In this document: positions 21,001 to 30,029 of the stretch, in pieces | Position numbering within the stretch: position 1 is the first letter of the stretch | Layout: each line of letters begins with the position of its first letter | From: Yuukianura sp. NJ FZ-2021 | Taxonomy: Eukaryota | Assembly: GCA_046563655.1 (NCBI GenBank) | Contig: CM102289.1 | Location: 9,920,001 to 9,984,000 of the forward strand | Reading direction: 5' to 3' | Length of the DNA: 64,000 nt | The notes under the pieces: generated by a model | Database searches by the model: none | What the model saw: the letters and a program-made list of their open reading frames with translations, nothing else | Told to the model about the DNA's origin: nothing | Position numbers and translations under genes: made by a program

Positions 21001-23132
21001 TCCATCGTCCACTAACCAATCCTCCACACGCACAAAGTCAGTCACAAACGGGGGACTCAAAGAACATGTAAAAATTCCATGATTCTGAATAATCACATGC
21101 TGCTTCAGCACATCCACTTCGTAGTACTGCGTAATCACTTTAAAAAACGTTTAACAAACGTTACAGAAATACATAAATTTAAAAAGTATGAAACATTGTA
21201 AACTACGGGTGACAATGTAGAGCATTGACCTAACTCTGACCCTGTCTCCTGCCTATGTCCGAATTGTCTCTTTTTAAAACTTGTAACTAATTGTACCGTA
21301 GTTATCATTTTGGCCTCTTTTAATTGAGACATCATCTTGAAACCAACTGTCCACTTCCAGGAAGTCGATTACAAAAGCAGGCGTAAACAAGCACTTGAAA
21401 ATGGCATTGTTCTTAAAAATGACGTCCTCCTCAAACACTTTGGCAGCGTAGTGCTGGTTCACAACTGAAAACCAGGTCCAAAAAATACAGCATTCCCTTC
21501 GCTAATGCTTACTTGTCAGAAATTTTCAGAGAATTTTAAAATTTAAAAACTGAGCCAAATATTGTCCCAAGTACACCAGCGATGTCGACGTCCCTGTAAG
21601 TCCGATTGACCTACCGTACTTGTCGTTTGGCTCCACCGGAGTGTCATCAAGCATCCAACTGCTCACAACGACTGACCCTGACACTATTGCTGGGATGTTG
21701 CACTTTGTAATTTGGTTATTCCCAGTAATCACAAAGTCATCCATCACATTCGCTGCATACGGTTGACTAACGACTATTAAGTTAGGAACATTAATCCCCA
21801 GTCTCAATTTCACATGTCGCCATCTTACTATTTTTTTTAAATAACTCCCTCTGCTCAGCTTCGCGCTTTTTTTAAAAGAAAAATGGAAAAAGTGTGGGCT
21901 TACCTGCTCTGACGTGGACATCGCGAGAGTTGATGGTTCCAACTGAGTTTCGAGCCAAGCAAATGTACGTCTGCGCGTGAACTTCTTGTCGGTAGTCCTC
22001 GGCTCGGAAAGGCGGAAAAACCAAAGCTCCAGACGCCAAAACCTGCAAAAACAAATTCAAATCAAATCATGATGACAAATGAAAAGCATTTCAGCACACT
22101 CCATCAACAATTTAAAAAATTAGGCTATTTTTTGTCAAGTTAGAAACAAACAGAGGGCCAGTTCCATGCTTTTTTTGTCTAACTTTTTCCATCTGATGAG
22201 GCAGATGCTTGGGATGCAGCCAGACCGAGATCATATGGACCAAACAAGGCAGATGTTGGATGAACCAACTGTGGATTTGAAAGTTTCAGGATTTTCAGAG
22301 GATTAGAAAGTGTTTCTGACCTGTCTTAGTCCAGGAACATCTCCGATGGCAGTCCCGTCACCCCGAAGCCAAATGATTTCCGGTTGAGGATTTCCTCTTG
22401 CTTGGCAAGGAATCTCAGCTCCAGTTGAATTGGAGAAATCCATCTTGGATTGCGGTTCCCGAACAAATACCGGTCCAGTTTCTTCGTCAGAAGTTCCAGT
22501 TCCAGGAGAATTGGCATGACCTGGGAATCAACAAAAACCGAAAAACTGTTATCATTAAAATATTCTGAACAACTTTACATAAAAAAACTTATCACTAGAG
22601 ATTCATTGTCATAAGAAAGTGTAATCCACCGAGAAAGGAGAGGAGGGGCTTTAAATCTTAAAGAGTTTTCCTTTTTCGTTGGGTTTCCTGCCGAACAAAA
22701 AAAGTGCCGTGCTCCGTTTAAGGGGCACGTGAGAGCCCTTGGAGCTCCACATGCCCTTCATCATTGATCCAACATCTGCTTCTCCGTAGCCATTGTTACA
22801 ACAATGCAGTGTGGCCCTGAGCAAATGTCACAATGATGAAGGGCTCTCCCATCGTCCCTTGGCCTTATATGGTGCTTCTACTTGGGCATTTCATGGTGTC
22901 TTGCTGGATTATGCTGGATGGAAGCTGGATATTGATGGTCTCTGGACTCTGGCTACTAATAAACTAATGACACTGATTCAACTACTATCAACTAATTGAA
23001 ATTGAAGGACAGTTAACCTTTAGAAAAAGTTTAGTTTAGATTTAACTTTAGCAACTTGTTGGACTTACCGAAGTCGACGCCCGCAGTTAGCACGATGACC
23101 AACAACACCGGAAGAAACTCCTTCCAGTACAT
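1..23132 (-). CDS. Dscam1: Hypervariable Dscam1 (Down syndrome cell adhesion molecule), multi-exon; the 3' part (rest of Ig10, FN5-6, TM, cytoplasmic tail) runs off the left edge of the window
   Basis: ATG at 23132 (MYWKEFLPVLLVIVLTAGVDF signal peptide, exon 23132-23069). Ig1 exons 22520-22321 (GPVFVREPQSKMDFSNSTGAEIPCQARGNPQPEIIW) and 22042-21904 (LVFPPFRAEDYRQEVHAQTYICLARN), a diagnostic Dscam sequence. Constitutive exons 17559-17481 and 17400-17330 (DGKFVVLPSGELHI...CQTKHRLTGETRLSAT), 11500-9968 (Ig3 C-half to Ig6) and 3033-1 (VPPRWIVEPTD Ig8, Ig9, FN1-4, VPAKIASF start of Ig10). Splice sites and phases were consistent wherever checked. Confidence 0.98.
2061..2111 (+). repeat. Intronic 10-bp tandem repeat (~5 copies of TTGGAAATAC-like unit)
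   Basis: ctggaaatac ttccgaatac ttggaaatac ttgcaagtac ttgggaatac, inside a Dscam intron. Confidence 0.75.
3391..3420 (-). promoter_or_regulatory. Candidate Dscam exon-9 cluster downstream docking site
   Basis: Transcript-sense sequence is TTGTGATTGCTTAGCAGCGATTGATGTCAT, just after variant 9.14. Partial complements lie about 30-55 nt downstream of most variants (5471-5481, 8155-8169, 7672-7684, 9024-9037, 4436-4447, 4892-4903). Confidence 0.7.
3433..9760 (-). CDS. Dscam1: Dscam Ig7 mutually exclusive exon array ('exon 9' cluster), 14 variants, the last one in three pieces
   Basis: Whole-Ig exons (VPP/VAP start, C..GD.P...W, YxC; 282-309 nt, phase 1-1): 9760-9464, 9366-9073, 8942-8634, 8492-8199, 8020-7724, 7557-7255, 7080-6799, 6683-6393, 6260-5970, 5818-5525, 5238-4945, 4784-4491, 4306-4013. 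Variant 9.14 = 3867-3787 + 3720-3586 + 3498-3433. Confidence 0.95.
11690..16875 (-). CDS. Dscam1: Dscam Ig3 N-half mutually exclusive exon array ('exon 6' cluster), 20 variants
   Basis: Exons (AG/GT flanked, 118-133 nt, phase 1 to 2, (E/D)xxxxxP...C....P pattern): 16875-16749, 16479-16353, 16192-16066, 15891-15765, 15622-15502, 15379-15250, 15105-14982, 14877-14757, 14598-14472, 14363-14240, 14118-13992, 13865-13742, 13611-13494, 13380-13257, 13165-13039, 12892-12766, 12630-12510, 12393-12261, 12120-12000, 11813-11690. Confidence 0.95.
17001..17053 (-). promoter_or_regulatory. Dscam exon-6 cluster docking site (upstream, in the intron after constitutive exon 5)
   Basis: Transcript-sense sequence is TTGAAAAgccatttgcaatccaaaCCTGAATGTTGGGAGACGGGAAGTGA. 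The CCTGAATGTTGGGA core is the conserved insect Dscam1 exon-6 docking core. Complementary selectors precede the variants, e.g. a 17-nt perfect complement at 13676-13692. Confidence 0.92.
17624..17668 (-). promoter_or_regulatory. Dscam exon-4 cluster downstream docking site
   Basis: Transcript-sense sequence is ATTGACCTAATATTAACCCGTGCACCCGCCATGTCCGATTGTTCT. Complementary segments lie just downstream of each of variants 4.1-4.10 (e.g. 18970-18996, 19642-19679, 18623-18644, 20501-20512). Confidence 0.85.
17775..21773 (-). CDS. Dscam1: Dscam Ig2 N-half mutually exclusive exon array ('exon 4' cluster), 11 variants, 7 of them split into two half-exons
   Basis: Intact variants: 4.1 21773-21615, 4.2 21464-21297, 4.3 21137-20976, 4.8 19177-19016. 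Split variants: 4.4 20789-20711+20628-20549; 4.5 20360-20282+20197-20118; 4.6 19932-19854+19775-19696; 4.7 19551-19473+19377-19298; 4.9 18902-18854+18787-18672; 4.10 18412-18364+18288-18173; 4.11 18026-17978+17893-17775. All begin V(V/I)xQ, contain the Ig Cys and Trp, total 159-168 nt and run phase 1 to phase 1. Confidence 0.95.
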
Positions 23133-23535
23133 TTTCCTTAGTCGTCACTAAGCACTTTCTTGACTTGTAGATGTTAATTTGAGTATGAATGCAAATGTAA
23201 CCCGAGTTGTTACTGGATATCCAGCAGAGTCCTTTCGAAGAGATACACCGACTGAAGTCGAGAGTTCGGCAGCAAGGGAGACAGAATCCTGCAATCCAAA
23301 CACAAATAAACAGTGTCAATCACATTGCAAAGTAAAGTAAAGATTACACTAAAAAGTAGGCTAAAAAGCATAGCCTTGTCCCAAAAACAATGTTTCAACC
23401 ACCGATACACCTTGACATTTTAAGGGTCTGGAAGGGAACTGTCAAAACGTACATAAAACGTAACTTCCTTGATGATTAACAGTTTACCGTAATCGATTAC
23501 CAAAGAACTTAGTTAATTAGTAACTTGTTACTTAC

Positions 23536-23750
23536 TGAATATGTTTGGATTGATGGATGTTTTAACGATTTCCTTGACTAGGGGTAGGATTGACTGCCAA
23601 AGTGGCGCCTTCCAAGGTTGACCTGTTGGATAGAGATGACACAGAAGAACGATAGATGAAGGTGAATAAGAACTGAAGATGATGATTTTTACAGCTGAAT
23701 CCTGCCTGACTCACACTCCACAGTCCACACTCAATTGAATGAGAGACTGG
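23536..23750 (-). other. Probable non-coding first exon / promoter region of Dscam1
   Basis: Strong GTAAGT donor at about 23535 on the minus strand, upstream of the signal-peptide exon. Initiator-like CCAGTC/TCATTC near 23737-23750. The start site is approximate. Confidence 0.45.
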
Positions 23751-24541
23751 AGCAGCATGTGTTAAGTGCTATGCCAAACCAAAATATTGGACAGGGGCGA
23801 ATGCACTTTTCCTCATGAGTCACGCACCCGATACGCGTAAACGCACTCTTTCAAAACCGGCAACCACGGAAGGCGGGAGCCAAGTGCGTAACCTTCACAC
23901 AATCTTCTACCATAAATGTCAACTGCGGTTGGTTTACTTTCTGGTTACGATTACTTAATTAAAAAATGTATTTGAAAGGAAACCACAGATTTTTTGAGAG
24001 GCCGTAACCCGAAATACCAGGACCGTGTGACACTCAAAAAGTGGCCGCTAGAACTAAAAATAAGGATTTCTACTGTCTTCCTTGCATAAATAGCCTCCTA
24101 ATCCACGTTAATCAACGATAATTCTACGCTATTGTTGATTTGTTTACAGAATTTTGTTAATTTGCAGACTTGTGCAAATATTTTTCTGCAACTTCAAGCC
24201 AAGCCCTTTCCGCACCTGCGACATCTGCCGGCGCTGCATGTAAACATTTGGTTTGTTTACATTTTTGAATTTATGAATTTGGCGCCTTTTACTGTACCCA
24301 CTTTCTCCGTACATCAAATAAGGGATTTTTCATTTCTAATTAATGTGTTAATTGATGCTTTTAATTGTAGTTGTGTTAGGATATCATGAAGATAGTTAAG
24401 TGAAGTATGTTAATCAGGCATTAATTAGTAACAACAAAACAGAGTTCATGATTAATTAGAATAGTTGTGTGTATGGTCGTGAGTGGAAAGGGGGAGAAAG
24501 GGGGAGTAACTACAAGTAGAAGTGGGTGTTAAGTATAGGGT

Positions 24542-24813
24542 GGAAGCGTAGTAGAGAGCACAGGCGACCATGGGATCAGCACTTTCTGCCTTCGAGAGTG
24601 CGCGGTCCTTTGGTTGCTCTGCTTGTTTCTTTGTTTGGAAGTTTAAACCTGTATGGCCATCCCGCTCGCCCCTCGTGGCTGCGTCGGTCGATGGCCACTT
24701 TCCAGTCCTAAGGCTTTCTCCCGTCTCTTCTCGGGGCTAGAATCCTTTATTTCTTACCTTAAATACGCTTCCAGCTTACGGCACTCGCTAAGAGCAAGTA
24801 TGCCCTTCTTTTT
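24542..24813 (+). ncRNA. 7SK: 7SK snRNA (Pol III), ~272 nt
   Basis: The 5' GGAAGCGTA pairs perfectly with TACGCTTCC at 24764-24772 (end-closing stem). A 3' hairpin GGCA...TGCC (24780-24804) is followed by CTTCTTTTT, the same layout as the vertebrate 7SK 3' end. There is a long 5' hairpin with GATC/GGTC, a TGGCCATC/GATGGCCA stem, and a third hairpin at about 24710-24747. No run of 4 or more T occurs until the terminal T5. Confidence 0.8.
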
Positions 24814-26192
24814 GCAACTACAATTGAACACAAATGATTCACCACTCACCTAGTTTTTTTGCTCAATCATAAACATCTAATGGGCAAAACAAAAGAATTC
24901 CGATAGCTAAGACTGACAACCCTGGTAAGCTGGCAGGCGTTCTCTTATAGATGCAATTCGCATGTTCCGAACAGCTTAATTAAACTTTTATTAGGAAGTG
25001 ATAAATTAAGTTTAACTGGTATGGTAGCTCTGGTTGATTGAATTGTCGCCTGTGGTAATTTAATTCAGAAATAGAAGGGAGAATGCTAAGGCTACGCAGA
25101 ATGAGCCAACGTAAGGACTTAGTCGCTCCCCAATCCTTGCGAATTTCCAGAAAGTACCCAGCAATCTACAACAAAACACACAGCAATTCAATTGAAATTT
25201 GATCGAAACAAATGAAAAAAGCATGTGATGGAATTGATGAAATTACCCCGTTTTGTTTCCATCCAGAATAGAGGGGAAAATGGAATGAACGTAGGTACAT
25301 GTACAGATCATGAGAGCTATCACAGTCAGCAGACTCTGGAAGTTGAACAGGGCCGACTAAAACCAAAACAGAATCACAAACTTAATTAGTAATCGAAATT
25401 TAGTGTAAGAATTGACATTTTGTTGTTGAATTCTAATTAGTATGTACCATTATGCTTCAACTGGATCCTTATCCAGGAAGAAACCGATGGAATCCTATGA
25501 GAAGCAGGCAGGAGGTGTTACTAGTCGTAATAAATTACAACAATCGTTGACCAAATTCAAACAAAAACGCTAAACAACACAAAAAAAAATTGATATATTT
25601 TTTACACTTTTTGACTTTTATTTTTTGACTTTTGACTTTTTTTTTAAATTATTTTTTGAATTTGTGAATCATCTGGATTTGAATTGGGCGCCAAACTCCT
25701 CTGGAGGAAGCGACGCTATAAAACTTTCTCCGCGACGTCTGCTTATGAGCACCAAAATTTACACAATCCAGAATGAGTCAAAAGATTTACGACCATGAAT
25801 TTCTAAACAAATTTTCAAAATTACCTGTACGTTACCTTTTCTAAAAATACAATTAGTTTTTAAAACATACAGCATTCCAACTTGACTCTACTCCACAAAA
25901 TCTATTCAACACCAAAGGACGCACAGTTCAAAAAGTTCTTAAACTTGTTAAAAAGCGTGTTGAAATTAAATCAAATCACGTAAAAGTTATCTTAACCTAA
26001 ATGATGTTTCATTTGAAAACGATCACTTGGTAGTTATGTTGTGAGACCTAAAGAAGATAACCTTAACGTGAACTCACATCAACAACTAGGAACAAAACAA
26101 CAAGTTTCATTAACCTCCAGTGTCGTTTCGCTTCAATTCTTTCAAAATTCAGTTCAAAATAATAGTTAGTTGGACTTTGACAGGTGAACATC

Positions 26193-28019
26193 ATGGACAA
26201 AATTTACTCAGTCTTCGTTTTGCTGATCTCCGTCATTGCGTCAAGTGCTGAATCGATGGAACTCATTCAAGTTCAAATTGTAACTTCAAATGAATTTTGA
26301 CAATGAAAAGTGAGAATTTCATAAAATTTTGATTTCTTGCTTTTCCAGCTCTCTCGTCATGGTTTGCGATCCCCCGAATTTCCATTTCCAACTGACGCAT
26401 ACGCAGATCAGCCAAAATACTGGCCAAATGGGTGGGGTCAGCTACTGGAGGTCAGGATTTTCAAACTTGTTTAAAAAAAAAAAAAAAATTTTTTTTTGAG
26501 TTTTTATGTTTCACAGTTAGGAAAGCAGCAGGAATTTGAACTTGGGCGGTTCATTCGAAGGCGTTATGGGAACTTTCTCTCTGGGAATTTGTGGAGCAAG
26601 GAGACTTTTGCGATGAGTTCGGATTATGACAGGACGATTCAAAGCGCACAATTGGTTTTAGCTGGACTGTACGACAAAGGAAATGGAGTCGACATTGATT
26701 CATTTGTGCCCGTCCACTCGATTCCAAAAGAAGCCGACAGAGTATAAACTAAACAAATATTTATTTTAGTTTTTACAAAAGCAATCTCCCATGTCCAGAT
26801 GAACAAGCTTCCAGTTTGAGTACAAAAAGCTTCCCGATCCAGCACAAAAAGCTTCCAGCTCATAATTTTTGTTTTCATACTGAATAGATGATCAACCCAA
26901 ATCCAAATTGCCCTCGACGCAAACAGTTGTACGACGAATTTAAAAATTCAGCAGAAGTTAAGCAGCATTACGAAAAATATGAAGTGATGTTTGAGTCAAT
27001 TCTACAAAAAATGGGCTACAGGTCGAACGAAACCATGAAAATGTACCACGGGATTGGAGCGCTCATGATCCAAGTTAGTCATCTCCAAGAAAACTGAAAT
27101 TTCAATTTCCTTTTCACAAGTTCTTTTTCAGGATCCGTTTACAGAAGCTTTTAAGTCCATCTAATGAAATTTCCGATTGAATTTTTCACTTTTCAGAGAA
27201 TCTGCAACCTAACTATTCCTGCCTGGGCCGAGGATTTGCTCGACTCGGATGACTTTATGCGGATTATTTCCCAGGCATTTCGGTTTCTAACGGGGACGGA
27301 TGACCTGAAAAGACTCACGACTGGACCACTCCTGTCCTACATCGTGGACGGAATGAAAAGGACGGTGGACGGAATGGACAGGATGGACGGAAGGACGGAG
27401 GACAGGAAGCTGTACCTGTACTTGGGCCATGACATCACAGTGGCCAATATGATCAATACTCTCAGCACTTTTGACATTTGGCCCACTTTCTCCGCCACTC
27501 TCTTCTTTGAACTTCTGAGGAACACGACAACAAAAGAAAACTTCATCCGAGTAATAACCGTTTTTCAAATTGATCATTTTTTATTGGTCGGACAGATTTT
27601 TTGTGCACGCTGATTGGTCGATTTGAACTTTGGTTAGGTTTTGTACAAAAATGAAACAACTTCTGAGGAACTAAGAGAGCTCAACCTGCTCAAGTGCTCA
27701 TCTCCTTGCACTTTGGAAAAATTTACTTCCGGCTACCAACAATTTCTGCCGACTTCTGCCGAACTCGATGTCGAATGCAGTCTGGATCAAACTAAACTCT
27801 CCACTCTAGGTATCACAAAACTTGTTTATAGCTAGGTTACTTTTGTTCAAAATTTTGAAAACAAAAAAAAGAGTTGTCTTTTTAGAAAAGTATTAAGTTT
27901 TTTGAATTTCAGATGCAGTGTTGATTGGAGTCGTCGTTGGACTCGTGGTGGTTCTACTTGGATTCATTTTCTTCACGATTCGTCGAAAACCGAAACGAGC
28001 CTATGAAATTAACGCCTAA
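26193..28019 (+). CDS. Histidine acid phosphatase (lysosomal/prostatic acid phosphatase-like), signal peptide plus C-terminal TM, multi-exon
   Basis: MDKIYSVFVLLISVIASSAES signal. RHGLRSP catalytic motif (exon from 26349), GWGQL, SSDYDRTIQSAQLVLAGLY and GHD motifs. Last exon AVLIGVVVGLVVVLLGFIFFTIRRK...*. Confidence 0.93.
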
Positions 28020-28460
28020 TCTCTAATGTTCTTAATCACTTTTTTCAAACAGCAACTAATTTTCTAAACATTGACTAACTGCTTTTTTTTTTAATTTAAC
28101 AATTGATAAACCTAGACTTTGTAAAAGTCATTTACTTAATCTGTTCTTAATTAAACAACTCAGAGACTTGCCTTCTTAAAATTAAAACGACTTCAAATTA
28201 CATCTCCCACAAAAAGTTTTTTCATTTCATCATCTACTAGTCAAATTAAAGTTTCAGAAAAAAAAAATTTTGAGCGAGGTGAAAAGTTTTGAAGGTGAAG
28301 TAAATTTAGAGCAAGTAGAGAAAGAGCATTTGTAATTTTGAACTGACTGAGTTTAAAAAAGAAAGGAAGGAAGGGCGGATGCTTTTAATTATACACTCAC
28401 CGTCTCTCCTGTTTCGGATTTAGTTGAACCGAAAGCGGGAATGACTTCCTCCTCAAGCAG

Positions 28461-28493
28461 GGAGGAGGAGGAGGATGAGGAGGAGGAGGAGGG
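28461..28493 (+). repeat. (GGA)n microsatellite
   Basis: ggaggaggaggaggatgaggaggaggaggaggg. Confidence 0.85.
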
Positions 28494-30029
28494 AGATATT
28501 TATGGAGAAAGTGGTAACTTTCCCCCACTGACCCACTTCCTCTGAGCAGATGAACTCGTGACATTCGGCTCAAGACGAACGTCCCCTTGGCCTTGTTTCG
28601 GTTCACCAGGAGACCCTGCCAAGGCCCCACCAAAGCACACAACTTTTCAACTACTTTCACTTTCTCCACCAAAAAACTTCACTTCCATAACCTACTTTTT
28701 AGTCTTTTGTTCGCAAACCATATTTCCCCTCTTCTCCAAATCCTATCAACAGATTTATTTATTCAACTAGAAAGTTTTATGCTTAAAATTTTGAAACGTT
28801 TAACAAATTTGACTGATGAAGGACTAGATTTTAGCCTTTTGGAAAATTAATCCCACAGATTATTAGGATTGTCCGACTAAAACTAAAGAATTATTGAATT
28901 TTCGGAAAATCTATTTTTAAAAATAAATTGAGGCGTTTTTGGTTTCCATCCGACGCTAATCTCAGTTCATCTCATCTAATTACATTAAAAAAAACTCACA
29001 TTTCTAAGATAGGTAATTTGAAAAAAAAAAGTTTTAATCTTGATTTGAGACGAACCCAACATCTTCAAAAAAGTCAATGAAAACCTAGTAACTGAAATGC
29101 AATAAAAGGTTTGGATTTTTTTAAAATTCTACATAAAATTGCTTCAAAGAAAACTAAAATTGTGAGTTTTTTGGAGACGAAGAAAGAGGAGCCCACTTTC
29201 CCACGGTGTCCCACTAAAAAGTTGGAATTGGAAACTTTTTTGTTGAGTAAAAGGTTGTTGAGGAGCACCTTGGAATGTATCCAGTTTCCTGGAAGTTGGT
29301 GGGAGCCATGCTAATAGTTGGCCAAATTCAGTGCCAAAATATCTTTTGATTGGAAGTGCGCAGGCCCCTGCTAAAAATCGAATGGAGAAAGTAGGGCAGG
29401 GGAGACTTGGGAGTGTTACGTCACTTGGCCTTTGTCAGTACTCCACCAGCATCCAGCCAGCATCCCACTCTCATCCAAAACAACTCCCCACTCTCCACGC
29501 CCCTAACTCCAACACTATTTTTAAAAAACAAAAGATCATCCTGTGCCAATCCTCATTCATAACATTCACACATTCCCTATTTGTGGGTCACACATTTAAA
29601 TTCTAACAACAAATGGACTAATCGCTTAACCCAGACCTCAGAGTGGCTTGTTCCATTTCCAGCTCATTTACAAACAGAAACTGTAAGAACTGACTTTCTA
29701 TTTATTTCTGGACGGATTTCCTCAATTAAAACCTCAGTTCAAAAGTTTACAATTGCCATTGGCCCAAATTGGACCAATCTACGTCAAACCACTCTCAAGA
29801 CCAAAATTAAAATCAAAATCTACTTCACTCAAATACAGTTTGACTTGTTTTTTAAAAATTCCAGCATAATAGTTACTCAGAATTAGAAAGGAACACGAAA
29901 TTTACGAACAGTGCGAACGATTGACTCCAAAGTTCAAAAGTGCGTAATTTCAATTGTGGAATAGAATTTGACTCTTTTTTGGAAAAAGTGATCTTGGAAA
30001 GTTTTTTTTTTGAAAAGTGATTTTTGGCT

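Noticed and set aside
21774..21903. Possible upstream docking site for the exon-4 cluster
   Set aside because: Only short, inconsistent complements (e.g. 21207-21218, 20437-20450) were visible; not distinguishable from chance by eye.
24542..24813. Telomerase RNA, tRNA or pre-miRNA interpretation of the structured RNA, and the overlapping 61-66 aa ORFs
   Set aside because: There is no CCTAA-type template repeat and no cloverleaf; the terminal stem, 3' hairpin and T-run fit 7SK better; the ORFs have no recognisable homology.
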